From positions 1-49,699 of the forward strand of contig CAZSVY010000157.1 in the NCBI GenBank assembly GCA_964610495.1: a stretch of 49,699 bases of DNA, written 5' to 3'. The DNA is from an uncultured Methanosarcinales archaeon. Lineage in GTDB: Archaea; Halobacteriota; Methanosarcinia; Methanosarcinales; Methanosarcinaceae. Positions 1 through 9,629 of this stretch are shown here, piece by piece (the stretch's first letter is position 1; every line of letters begins with the position of its first letter). The translations under genes were made by a program, and so were the position numbers. A model generated the notes under the pieces. The model saw only the letters and a program-made list of their open reading frames with translations, searched no databases and had not been told where the DNA came from.

Positions 1-163
1 TCTCATGCGGTTTTTCAGTTCGGTTAAAGGTACTTTCTTAATCATGCGGATCCCTTTACTAAGTTATCTGTTATCAATTATAGAAGTGTAACCCACAGTA
101 GTGAATATGGAAGAACTTATTGGTAAGAACTTACTAGCAGATGTACAGAATAGACCTGCATAA

Positions 164-251
164 TAGCTGTTATTTCTCACAACGATAAATCTTATTTCTC
201 ACAGCGATAACTGTTACTTCTCACATCCGTAGTTTTTATTTCTCACACCAA
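164..251. repeat. Degenerate tandem repeat, 4 x 22 bp (core TTAYTTCTCACA)
   Basis: TCTCACA starts at 175, 197, 219 and 241, an exact 22-bp period. Confidence 0.85.
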
Positions 252-393
252 TCCCTTAAAAAGATAAAAAGTAACTCTCAGGGTAGTGAAACCTCAGTTC
301 ATTTTTGAAAACGGAAAAAAATAATTAGAAAGGAAACAAATTAAAAGGAAAGAAAAAGTAAAAACAAAAAGGGCTTTTTGAAAAGGGGTTATC

Positions 394-933
394 ATGTTAG
401 GAAAATTCGAAGATCTCATTGAAAAGGCTTCAGGAATGGGGCTCAAGGCTTATTTTGTGGATGCAGGAGATGTTCCGGTTGAGAACAGAATTGCTCTGAA
501 ATGTGCCTACGGCTGCAGAGGCTACGGAAAGAGATTGAGCTGCCCGCCTCATATTATGTCGGTTGAGGATTTCAGAAAAGTTATAGGGGAATACAGCAGT
601 GCGCTTCTACTTGTCGATGAACGCGATACTTCACAGGTGCCGGATATCCTGGAAGCCTGGGGAGAAATTCGCAAGGACTCTTTCCATAAAATGTTAGAGC
701 TCGAACAGGAAGCGTTCAGGGGAGGTTTTACTTTTGCGCATCTCCTCAGGCCCGGTTCCTGCAACGAATGCGATGTCTGTAACCTTGAAAAGTGCATAAA
801 ACCGGAATTGAGGCGTTTTGCACCTGAAGCTGTAGGAATAAATCTCCAGAAAGCAATGGAAAAAGCAGGGCTTGTACTTGAGTTCTGCAAACCTGAGAAA
901 ACTGCATGTGTCGGGGTTTTGCTGCTTGAGTAA
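394..933 (+). CDS. DUF2284-family Cys-rich metal-binding protein
   Basis: CxxxCxxYG...CPP, GxCxxCxxC and R-x-APEAVGIN motifs; GGGGT SD-like sequence upstream. Confidence 0.8.
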   Translation: MLGKFEDLIEKASGMGLKAYFVDAGDVPVENRIALKCAYGCRGYGKRLSCPPHIMSVEDFRKVIGEYSSALLLVDERDTSQVPDILEAWGEIRKDSFHKMLELEQEAFRGGFTFAHLLRPGSCNECDVCNLEKCIKPELRRFAPEAVGINLQKAMEKAGLVLEFCKPEKTACVGVLLLE

Positions 934-1261
934 AAGTTCAGGTAGAAAGTAGACCAGATACATCACTAAACCAAATACTTCACAGCCATTTTCCAGTGTT
1001 TTTCCAGATAGTGAGAGAGATTAAGAGAAAAATCTGGTGAGAAATGCGAATTGATAAAAATTTAACTTTTTAATTCTGAAGAAATGTATGGATTAATGAA
1101 AGAAATTGTAGTGACTTGGAATCTCCATACACAATATTGTAATTTAATTAGTTATTACTGTAATTTAACTAGTTGTCGTAACTAGTTAATGAAGACAGAA
1201 GTTATATTAACTCTCGGACATATTTTATGGAAGATATAGTAAATTGGAGGTTTTGTTCAAA

Positions 1262-1969
1262 TTGAGTTCTGAAAAATTAAAAATAGCTGTTCTGGGAGGA
1301 ACTGGAAATATAGGGGAGGGTATGGTGCTCAGGCTGGCCCTTCAAAACCTTATGGCTGAAGGTGTAAAGAACGAGGTAATTATAGGGTCCAGATCCAGTG
1401 AAACTGCCGATGAAGCCGCAAAAAAAGCCTTATCCGAACTTGAGAACTGTGGGTTTGATATATCCGGGATAAGCATTACAGGAAGCAGTAACCTTGAAGC
1501 TGCACAGGCAGCCGAAGTAATAATTCTTACTATTCATTTTGACCATGTTTTGCCTCTGCTGAACGAAATTCATGAAGCTATTGAAAACAAGATTCTTATC
1601 ACTCCTGTAGTCCCGATGTTAAAGGAAGGAGACCTATTTGTATATAAACCTCCGGAAGAAGGTTCAGCTGCTCTTGCAATTCAGAAAAGAGTCCCAGCTT
1701 CTACAAAAGTTGTTGCAGCCTTCCATAATATCCCGGCAGGAAAATTGAGGGATGTTGTCAAGTGCAAGGCTGTACATCATGCGCTGGTATGCAGTGATGA
1801 TAAAGAAGCAAAGAACCTGGTCATGAAGCTTACAGAACATATGGGATGCCTGAAACCTCTTGACGGAGGCCCTCTTAAACAGGCAAGCACTATGGAATCG
1901 CTCACGCCTCTGCTGATCAACCTTGCAAAACTCAACCGACTTAAAGATCTGGGAATAAACTTTTCCTGA
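1262..1969 (+). CDS. npdG: NADPH-dependent F420 reductase (F420H2:NADP+ oxidoreductase)
   Basis: IAVLGGTGNIGEG Rossmann motif, IIGSR, VVAAFHNIPA, DGGPL...ESLTPLLINL. Start is uncertain (TTG at 1244, 1253 or 1262; GGAGG at 1246-1250). Confidence 0.88.
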   Translation: MSSEKLKIAVLGGTGNIGEGMVLRLALQNLMAEGVKNEVIIGSRSSETADEAAKKALSELENCGFDISGISITGSSNLEAAQAAEVIILTIHFDHVLPLLNEIHEAIENKILITPVVPMLKEGDLFVYKPPEEGSAALAIQKRVPASTKVVAAFHNIPAGKLRDVVKCKAVHHALVCSDDKEAKNLVMKLTEHMGCLKPLDGGPLKQASTMESLTPLLINLAKLNRLKDLGINFS

Positions 1970-2547
1970 CGAGCTCCTGCAAAATAGCGAAGGTATACAG
2001 GAAAAGATCGGCTAAGGAAAAATTTAGGATCCGGGAAAATAAATATCCTTTCGGAAAACTTATTTTTATATAATAGGAGAGATAATATATCTAAAGGCAC
2101 AGGTTTTACGAAATTTCAGAAATAAGAACCTCTGCCTGACGGTATAAAAGAAAATTCAGTAACAGCTGATCATTAAGAATAAATTCATTAATATCCGATT
2201 ACTAAAAACAAATTGATCAACGAATTATCAGTAAAAACAGATCCTGATAACTCATGAACGCCGATCTTGATCCAAATTCTTCACTCAGGCTATTAATCCC
2301 GAATAAATTTAGTTTATGTTAAATATTATGAGAGTAATAACCAGCATAGGAAAATCTTTGAGAAAAGAGCTGATCAGTGAAGAATCTGGAAAAGGCTTAC
2401 CGCGGAAGAATTTGTCAGGAAAAAGCCTGTTTATTTTGAAGCTCCAGAAATCGCTTCCAGCTGCAGAGTTTTCTCCTGATCTCAGAATTTTTGCTTACCT
2501 TTCTTTTCTAAAAAGGACGAATCGACAAAATCAGACAGTGAACCTGT

Positions 2548-3033
2548 ATGAGTGAAGAATTGCCAAAAGTGTTAAAGGCTGCAGGGCTTGACTTACTTTC
2601 CTGCATGCAGTGTGGCACATGCACAGGAAGTTGCACTTCGGGACGGCATACCGGGCTTAATACTCGAAGAATTCTTCGGGACGCACGCAAGAATAGGGCT
2701 GCAATCCTCTCCGATGATGCCCTCTGGCTCTGCACCACCTGCTATACCTGTCAGGAGCGCTGCCCACGCGACATACCAATTACGGATGCTCTCCTTGAGC
2801 TCAGGAGACTTGCGATAAAAGAAGGTTTCATGCTTCCCGAACACAGGCGGATATCGGAACTGGTCATGGAGTGCGGGCATGCAGTCCCTCTGGATGAAGA
2901 AACCAAGCAAAAGAGGGAAGAACTGGGACTCGACCCCATACCTGAAACCGTCCAGAAGTATCCTGAAGCCCTTCAGGAGGTAAGAAATCTTCTTAAAGCA
3001 TGCAAATTTGACGAGCTGGTGGCTGAAAAGTAA
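2548..3033 (+). CDS. hdrC: CoB-CoM heterodisulfide reductase subunit C
   Basis: CMQCGTCTGSC and WLCTTCYTCQERCPR 4Fe-4S motifs; immediately upstream of hdrB. Confidence 0.95.
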   Translation: MSEELPKVLKAAGLDLLSCMQCGTCTGSCTSGRHTGLNTRRILRDARKNRAAILSDDALWLCTTCYTCQERCPRDIPITDALLELRRLAIKEGFMLPEHRRISELVMECGHAVPLDEETKQKREELGLDPIPETVQKYPEALQEVRNLLKACKFDELVAEK

Positions 3034-3044
3034 GGAGGCAGAAT

Positions 3045-3947
3045 ATGGAAAAACTCTCTCTATTTCTTGGATGCATTGTACCTAACCGTTACCCCGGAAT
3101 TGAAAAAGCAACTAAACTCTGCCTACAGAAGCTTGGTATAGACGCATCCGATCTGCCAGGAGCTTCCTGCTGTCCTGCTCCCGGAGTCTTTAAATCCTTT
3201 GATAAAGCAACCTGGCTTGCCCTTGCCAGCCGTAATATTATTCTTTCGGAAAAGCTGAAAAGAGATATCCTCACGGTCTGCAACGGCTGTTACGGTTCCC
3301 TGGCAGATGCTAATTTAGAGTTGAAAAAGGATCCTGAGCTAAGGGCGCGCACGAACAGTTGCCTTAAAGAAATCGGAATGGAATTCCGAGGTACTGTAGA
3401 GATTAGGCACATAGTTGAATTTTTGTATAAAGAACTTGGACCTGATAAACTCAGGGAATATATTACAACCCCGCTTGAGCTTAAAGTGGCGCTGCACTAC
3501 GGATGCCATCTTATCAAACCTTCAAGAGACCGGAAACTCGGAGAAACAGAGGCTCCTATTTTCTTTGATGAGCTTGTTGAAGCTACAGGTGCAAAAAGCG
3601 TAGACTATACCGACAAGATGATGTGCTGCGGGGCAGGCGGAGGAGTCCGTTCAGGGCATGCTGCCGAGTCCCTCGAGATGCTTGAGCACAAACTCGCCTG
3701 TATTCGGCAAGCAGGAGTGGATTGTATTGTCAATGCATGTCCTTTCTGCCACCTGCAGTTTGACAGGGGACAGCTCGCAGTCAATGAGAAATTCGGAACG
3801 GACTACTCGATACCGGTCCTGCATTATTCTCAGCTACTCGGCCTTGCCTTCGGCTTATCTCCATACGAGCTGGGGATAGAACAAAATGCAGTTCAGAACA
3901 TCGAGTTTCTTGCAAAAATCTACGAAATCAGTGCAGGTTTAAGATAA
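3045..3947 (+). CDS. hdrB: CoB-CoM heterodisulfide reductase subunit B
   Basis: FLGC...YPGIE, SCCPAPG, CNGC, HYGCH, CCGAGGGVRS and CPFCHLQFD (two CCG domains); GGAGG SD. Confidence 0.96.
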   Translation: MEKLSLFLGCIVPNRYPGIEKATKLCLQKLGIDASDLPGASCCPAPGVFKSFDKATWLALASRNIILSEKLKRDILTVCNGCYGSLADANLELKKDPELRARTNSCLKEIGMEFRGTVEIRHIVEFLYKELGPDKLREYITTPLELKVALHYGCHLIKPSRDRKLGETEAPIFFDELVEATGAKSVDYTDKMMCCGAGGGVRSGHAAESLEMLEHKLACIRQAGVDCIVNACPFCHLQFDRGQLAVNEKFGTDYSIPVLHYSQLLGLAFGLSPYELGIEQNAVQNIEFLAKIYEISAGLR

Positions 3948-4029
3948 AAGTTTGAGGTAAAAAATCCCGGGTAAAGATTAAAGATCAAAAATCGTTAAAG
4001 AGGATTTTTTCATGACCTGAAATTAAAAT

Positions 4030-4127
4030 TCTATCTTTCATAGTTTATTTTTCATAGATAGTCTTCTACAGCTTATTTTTCATGATTGTTTTTCATAATT
4101 TGTCTTTCATAATTTGCTTTTCATGAC
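4030..4127. repeat. Degenerate ~14-bp tandem repeat (TTTCAT core) between convergent genes
   Basis: About six TTTCATR units in the T-rich gap between hdrB and DUF1284. Confidence 0.6.
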
Positions 4128-4128
4128 T

Positions 4129-4578
4129 TTATCTTTCATCCTGCATATACCAGAGACACTTCTGTCTCCATTTACAGGTCCCACAGACCTCTTCAATATC
4201 AGATGCATTAGCCAGTTGCGAATTGATTAAACTGAAGGCTTTATCTGCCTCCATAATAGTTCCCTCTTTTATCATTAATTTCTCCATAACAACAAGATCC
4301 ATATTCCTGATCTTGCGAGAAATATCCGATTTCTGCGCAGCGCATTCCTTTTTGCTTGGGCAGGAAGCACAGATTACATCACATTCGGATACCAGTTCAA
4401 GAGGTCTTGAAGGAAAAGCCTTTATATCTGAAACTACGGCCCGCAGATTGGCCACAAAAGCCGGGCTGTACCCATAGCCCTGAAAACCCTGGATGCAGCA
4501 AAGGTGATGAGCTCTAATTTTCAGGCATTTAAATCCGGTTTCAGAATCAGATCCAGATGTGTTCGATTTTTTGAGCAT
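4129..4578 (-). CDS. DUF1284-family protein (putative Fe-S/metal binding)
   Basis: RAHHLCCIQGFQGYGYS, DVICASCP and CGTCKW...C motifs. Confidence 0.85.
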   Translation of the reverse strand: MLKKSNTSGSDSETGFKCLKIRAHHLCCIQGFQGYGYSPAFVANLRAVVSDIKAFPSRPLELVSECDVICASCPSKKECAAQKSDISRKIRNMDLVVMEKLMIKEGTIMEADKAFSLINSQLANASDIEEVCGTCKWRQKCLWYMQDER

Positions 4579-4630
4579 GTATTTCTCCGGGAGTTGAACT
4601 CACAGAACCAAAAAATTCATTCTATAAAAT

Positions 4631-5164
4631 TTATTCTATAATATCGATTTCTGAATCAGTTAACTGAGGTAATTCCTCTACAGGCAGTGTAATCGAAGGA
4701 GCTTCGGAATATTTTGCAAAGAGAATATCATAACCTGTCTTAAGTCCCAGCATGATATTGAGATCGGTAAGGTCGTCATTTAGGAGCTGAGCCTGGCCTA
4801 TAGGATTACAGACCGCTTCAAACTCCAGGTCTTCGGATTTTTTAATTCCGAGGCTGGCTTTTTCAAAGCTGCAAACTTTACAGCAGACCGAAAACACATC
4901 AAAATATCTTGAAAGAATGTCATAAACCAGCCTGGCTTCTCGCTCATACTCAATACAGAAAGCAATTCCTATTTTTTTGTACCCAAGCCTTTTTGCATAA
5001 ATCGTTATCTCTTCCAGTTTTGTCCTTTTTATATAATCGGATTCGAGCCAGACGGAAATCTGGATTGACTTCAGATCGTCACCTGTATACTCAAGCCCAG
5101 ATTTAATGACAGAACAGTTTTTGCCTCTCATGCATTCCTTAATCCTGCATAATGCGCACTGCAT
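4631..5164 (-). CDS. DUF1847-family metal-binding protein
   Basis: N-terminal CxxC...C...C, KKIGIAFC, SVCCKV and CNPIGQA motifs. Confidence 0.82.
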   Translation of the reverse strand: MQCALCRIKECMRGKNCSVIKSGLEYTGDDLKSIQISVWLESDYIKRTKLEEITIYAKRLGYKKIGIAFCIEYEREARLVYDILSRYFDVFSVCCKVCSFEKASLGIKKSEDLEFEAVCNPIGQAQLLNDDLTDLNIMLGLKTGYDILFAKYSEAPSITLPVEELPQLTDSEIDIIE

Positions 5165-5335
5165 ACTTTTTTCTCCCGGGTTTTTAACATGAATAAGGTA
5201 TTATAGTCACGAATAAGCTGTGAAGGTATAAATATTTCCACGAGAGGCATAAAAATATATTGTTAAAGTTCCAGGTAAAAAATAAATAAAAATGAGAAAA
5301 ATCCGAATAGGAAGTCCCGAAACATAAAATTTTGC

Positions 5336-5705
5336 TTAATAATGTTCATGCGCATTTCCATTTTCTGCGCAGGCATTCTCTGCTGTCGCCCCTGTGAGGA
5401 GCCCTGTTTCTCAGGCAGCTAAGGTTCCCTGACTGTGCCTTTTGCACCTACAAAAACCTGGATTCCATAGGACTCAAACATGCGAAGCGGTTTATGCCCC
5501 ATTCCTCCACAGAGCATGATTTCTACGCCATTTTTACGAAGATATTCGGGAGGCAATCCTACACCCCCATATGATCGCTCTCGTTCGTGATAACATAAAT
5601 TGTCTCGTATCTGTATTCATTATCGTACAGGTTGGGGCTTTTCCAAATGTTGCTCAACATTCATTCCATGCAATTGTCATTTCCTGCACGTATGCATACT
5701 TTCAT
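5336..5705 (-). pseudogene. Frameshifted NifB/NifX-family (dinitrogenase FeMo-cofactor-binding-like) gene
   Basis: Minus-strand fragments in different frames: KVCI, VEQH/KAPT, SDHMG, LPPEYLRKNGVEIMLCGGMGHKPLRMFESYGIQVFVGAKGTVRE, ATAENACAENGNAHEHY*. Several 1-nt indels; missing from the ORF track. Confidence 0.8.
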
Positions 5706-5833
5706 GAGAATTTCCTCTAACTGTGTGACGGGTAACTGCCTTAATTTCACTCATTTGTACAAAAATATTTATATTTTTCTACTTGAGAAGAGAAATTGTT
5801 ATATATTTATTCCACAATGTGCATAAGTAACCT

Positions 5834-6172
5834 ATGAAAAAATGCAGAGGAAGACCAAAGTGCCCGAGGCGCGTCGAGCAAACGCCCGATATCACATATT
5901 TCAAGCCCCGAGGGGTCCCGCTGTCGGATCTTGAGGTTGTATCCATTACAGTCGAAGAGCTTGAGGCCCTGAGGCTTGTAGACGTTGAAGGACTCAGGCA
6001 GGAAGACGCAGCTATTAAGGTAGGAATATCAAGGAGAGCTTTCTGGGAAGATCTGAAAGCTGCCAGAATGAAAATAGCTCTCGCCCTTAGTACAGGAAAA
6101 GCGATAGAAATAAAGGGCGGTAACTATATCAGCGCTGAGGGCGCTGACATTAGTGAAAATGCAGACACGTAA
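5834..6172 (+). CDS. DUF134 (UPF0251) HTH DNA-binding protein
   Basis: [10 protein letters not shown]...YFKPRG...[10 protein letters not shown]...QEDAA...GISR...IEIKGGNY. Confidence 0.9.
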   Translation: MKKCRGRPKCPRRVEQTPDITYFKPRGVPLSDLEVVSITVEELEALRLVDVEGLRQEDAAIKVGISRRAFWEDLKAARMKIALALSTGKAIEIKGGNYISAEGADISENADT

Positions 6173-6225
6173 ATGAGAAATCTGAAAACCGGGAAAAATA
6201 CGAATATCTTACACAGGCGGTAAAA

Positions 6226-7068
6226 ATGACAGATAAGGTTCAACCACTTGAGAGCTTGTCAAAAAAGCCAGAGGAGCCAAAGATAGTAGTCAACCTCAGG
6301 CGCATCAAACGCAAGATCATGATAATGAGCGGGAAAGGAGGAGTAGGGAAAAGCACAGTTGCAGCAAACCTCGCTACCGGGCTGGCCCTGCGCGGACACA
6401 GAGTTGGGCTTCTGGACTGCGATATACACGGCCCGACCATTCCTACTATTTTCGGGTTAGAGTCTCAAAGGCCCGATGTTAATGAAGAGGGTATTCTTCC
6501 AATCCAGGTACTTCCCAATCTTTCGGTGATGTCTATCGGTTTTCTGCTTGGAGACAAAGATTCTCCTATAATCTGGAGAGGACCTGCCAAAATGGGAGCA
6601 ATCAAACAATTCCTGGAAGAAGTTAATTGGGGAGCACTTGATTTCCTGATTATAGACTTGCCCCCTGGCACAGGAGATGAGCCCCTGAGTGTGGCTCAGC
6701 TGATTCCCAATTGCGACGGCTCAGTGCTTGTTACAACCCCTCAGGACGTAGCCCTGATCAGCGTCCGAAAATCAATCAAGTTCTCTGAAAAACTCAATGT
6801 GCCCATTATAGGGCTTGTTGACAATATGCATGGGCTTATCTGCCCCCACTGCGGCAAGCCAATAGAAGTATTTGGGACTGGAGGCGTGGAAAAAGCCTCA
6901 GAAGACTTCAATATTCCTGTCCTTGCCAGACTTCCTATTGAGCCCAAAGTTGCAGAAATGGAAGATAAAGGCACTGTTGTCCAGGGTCTGCTTGAACACG
7001 GTACTGAATGGCAGAAGAATTTCGAAGCTGTAGTGATCGCAGTAGAAAAGACTCTGGGAGAGGAGTAA
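6226..7068 (+). CDS. mrp: Mrp/NBP35 (ApbC) Fe-S cluster carrier ATPase
   Basis: SGKGGVGKST, DCDIHGP, WRGP, DLPPGTGD, VTTPQ and CPHC motifs. Confidence 0.93.
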   Translation: MTDKVQPLESLSKKPEEPKIVVNLRRIKRKIMIMSGKGGVGKSTVAANLATGLALRGHRVGLLDCDIHGPTIPTIFGLESQRPDVNEEGILPIQVLPNLSVMSIGFLLGDKDSPIIWRGPAKMGAIKQFLEEVNWGALDFLIIDLPPGTGDEPLSVAQLIPNCDGSVLVTTPQDVALISVRKSIKFSEKLNVPIIGLVDNMHGLICPHCGKPIEVFGTGGVEKASEDFNIPVLARLPIEPKVAEMEDKGTVVQGLLEHGTEWQKNFEAVVIAVEKTLGEE

Positions 7069-7454
7069 AGCGGAATAAAAAAGAAGGAAAGATTTACACG
7101 AGGGAAAGATTTACAAATTTCCCTGATCATCTAATTTTTCTCAATTGGCTAGCCAACTAAGAGGCTGGCCCCTCTTCAATCAGCTACTCGGGTTATCATA
7201 ATTAGTCGTTTCGAAATATCTTCTTCCTTTCCGGTTCTCTTTTCCCTTCTGTATATCTCACATTGTCTTTTACGCTTACTTTTATAATTCTGTCATTTAA
7301 GGCTCTTTTAATATATTTTCTACATACTACGCGTCTCTTAAACTGGGCACATATTTTCTTTCCTTACGGTTAATTATTTGAGGTTTATCGATAATTCTAC
7401 TTCAGAACTAGGATTTCACAATCAACAGAAAATAAAGATTATTTTTGAAAAGAG

Positions 7455-7530
7455 AATTATTCACAACATGTAATTATCACATAAAATGTAATTATCACAA
7501 AATGTAATTATGAAACAATATGTAAAATAT
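7455..7530. repeat. Direct repeats ATGTAATTAT(CACA) upstream of the thioredoxin gene
   Basis: ATGTAATTAT at 7468, 7486 and 7502. Confidence 0.7.
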
Positions 7531-7558
7531 TACAAAATCAAAGATTAACGTTGAGAAC

Positions 7559-8128
7559 ATGAAGAAATTAATTATACTATTGATCCTCCTTGCAGCTGTA
7601 ATCTTTACAGCAGGCTGTACTGAAGAAAGCCAGGAAAATTCCACAAACAACCAGGCAATCCAGGAGAGAAATGAAGTTGTCGAAACAACTGAACCTGGAC
7701 AGAATGCAACCCCTCCGGAAATCCAGGAAGAAAGTAGTGTTGTTGAAGTGGCCGACCTTGAGCAGATAAATGCATCCCTCCAGCAGGGACCGGTTCTTAT
7801 GAAAATCGGGTCTGAAAGATGCGGCCCATGTAAGGCTATGAAGCCCATGCTTCAGGAACTGGCAACAGAATATGAAGGAAGAGCCAGGGTTATCTCCGTA
7901 GACATCGACAGGAGTCCCCAGCTTGCAGTCTATTTCGGAATAGGCTATATCCCTGATTCAACTGTAATCATGAATGTTACAGACGGAGAATATGTCTACA
8001 TGAAACCGGACGGAAATGTCACCACCGACAGATTCGAGGCAAGGATTCTCGGTACCACGGAAAAAGGCGCACTTGAAGATGTTCTGAATCTCGCCCTTCT
8101 ACAGGCTGAGAAAGATAAATCTCAGTGA
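7559..8128 (+). CDS. Extracytoplasmic thioredoxin-family lipoprotein (CcmG-like partner of CcdA)
   Basis: Signal peptide with TAGC lipobox, low-complexity linker, RCGPC active site, cis-Pro IP motif. Confidence 0.85.
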   Translation: MKKLIILLILLAAVIFTAGCTEESQENSTNNQAIQERNEVVETTEPGQNATPPEIQEESSVVEVADLEQINASLQQGPVLMKIGSERCGPCKAMKPMLQELATEYEGRARVISVDIDRSPQLAVYFGIGYIPDSTVIMNVTDGEYVYMKPDGNVTTDRFEARILGTTEKGALEDVLNLALLQAEKDKSQ

Positions 8129-8260
8129 AAAAAGCCTGTACAAGATTTATCTTCAGAACTTTATCATACACTTGAAGTCCAGGTTTCCGGCTAACTGTAA
8201 GGCCCAACAAAAAACCGCACTGTATAAGAACAAACTTAAAAGCAACAAATCTGAAGAACC

Positions 8261-8911
8261 ATGTTTTATGATGCTATTTCCCCTCTGGCTGCATTTGGCG
8301 CAGGAATTCTCAGTGTCCTTTCTCCCTGTATCCTCCCGCTTCTGCCTGCAGTCCTGGCAACGTCCGCAGGAAAAGGAAAATTAAGGCCCCTTGCAATAGT
8401 GATTGGAGTCTCTATATCCTTTACTATAATGGGAGTAATAACCTCTGCTTTTGGGGCAGCCTTCCAGACTTATATAGGACAGCTGAAGGTTCTGGCAGAG
8501 ATTTTCATTCTGTTAATGGGTTTTGCAATATTTTTTGATATAAGCCTCTTCAATGCCTTTTCAAGGTTTCCCCTGCTGTCAGGAATGAATGGGGAGGGGC
8601 CTGTTTCCGGGCTTTTGCTCGGGCTTTCCCTCGGAGTGCTCTGGATCCCATGTGTCGGCCCGATTCTGGCCTCGATCCTGACCATGGTAGCTCTGGAAGG
8701 AAACGCTGCTACCGGCGCATTTACGCTTTCAGTTTATTCACTGGGATTTGCTATGCCAATGCTCTTGCTCGCGTACTCAGCCCACTTTTCCTCTTCTAAA
8801 ATCCGGGTTATATCAAAGTGGGATGTGGTTTTTAAAAAAGGAGCAGGAATAGTGCTTATCCTGGTCGGGTTCTGGATGATCCGCCAGAACCATTTCCAAT
8901 GGTTTATTTAA
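8261..8911 (+). CDS. ccdA: CcdA/DsbD-family membrane disulfide reductase
   Basis: AGILSVLSPCILPLLP and WIPCVGPIL motifs; about six hydrophobic segments. Confidence 0.92.
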   Translation: MFYDAISPLAAFGAGILSVLSPCILPLLPAVLATSAGKGKLRPLAIVIGVSISFTIMGVITSAFGAAFQTYIGQLKVLAEIFILLMGFAIFFDISLFNAFSRFPLLSGMNGEGPVSGLLLGLSLGVLWIPCVGPILASILTMVALEGNAATGAFTLSVYSLGFAMPMLLLAYSAHFSSSKIRVISKWDVVFKKGAGIVLILVGFWMIRQNHFQWFI

Positions 8912-8954
8912 AAAAAGCCAGATTCAAAGCCAGATTCGAAGAATTAAAAAAGCC

Positions 8955-8990
8955 AGGGCATGGACCAGAACATATCGGTCTATGTCCCTG
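8955..8990. terminator. Hairpin between convergent ccdA and methyltransferase genes
   Basis: CAGGGCATGGACC...GGTCTATGTCCCTG imperfect inverted repeat. Confidence 0.45.
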
Positions 8991-9011
8991 AAGGCGCACA
9001 ATTCTCCGGAA

Positions 9012-9629
9012 TTAGATAATATACGGAAGGAACATCTTCGTTTTCTTCTTATATTCGAGATATTCGTTACCAAACTCCTTTTCTATATCCATTTCTTCCT
9101 TTTTTGCAAGCCTGTAATAAAGGACAAGAAGCAGTGAATACAGGATTATAAGAGGCAGAGTCGCCCACTCCAGCATCATTCCCAGGGTTATCATAAAAAA
9201 GCCAGTATACTGGGGGTGGCGAATATACCTGTAAATTCCAGTTGTAACAAGCTTTCCCTGCCCTTCTCCCTTACTCCAGTAATTTTTATGAATCTGGTTC
9301 CAGCCTGAAACTACGAGTGCAACTCCGGTCAGTGATACGAGAATTCCGAGATACATTCCCCAGAACCCGATATACTGCACAAGGGTGTGGCCCCACAAAA
9401 TACCTTCGGGAAGAGTAAAGCCAAAGAGCCATCCTATAGCGAACATACTGAAAGGCACACCGAACATCTCAAGTGCAAATGCAACAATAAACGCCGTATA
9501 TACACCTGCAGGCTTTATCTGGCTCTTTTTATAGAACGGCACAAATAAGAGGAACACACCGTATATGATTATCCACAGGCCAACTGCCCACCACATTCCA
9601 AAGTGGGACCAGACATCTTCTGCTACCAT
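9012..9629 (-). CDS. Isoprenylcysteine carboxylmethyltransferase/PEMT-family membrane protein
   Basis: LVTTGIYRYIRHPQYTG and EE...FG.EY.EY motifs; hydrophobic; GAGGTGA SD. Confidence 0.88.
   Translation of the reverse strand: MVAEDVWSHFGMWWAVGLWIIIYGVFLLFVPFYKKSQIKPAGVYTAFIVAFALEMFGVPFSMFAIGWLFGFTLPEGILWGHTLVQYIGFWGMYLGILVSLTGVALVVSGWNQIHKNYWSKGEGQGKLVTTGIYRYIRHPQYTGFFMITLGMMLEWATLPLIILYSLLLVLYYRLAKKEEMDIEKEFGNEYLEYKKKTKMFLPYII

Noticed and set aside
164-251. CRISPR array
   Set aside because: The 22-bp period leaves only ~10-bp linkers, the repeats are degenerate, and no cas genes are present.
2316-2555. 79-aa ORF upstream of hdrC
   Set aside because: No motif or SD; more likely part of the hdrC promoter/leader region.
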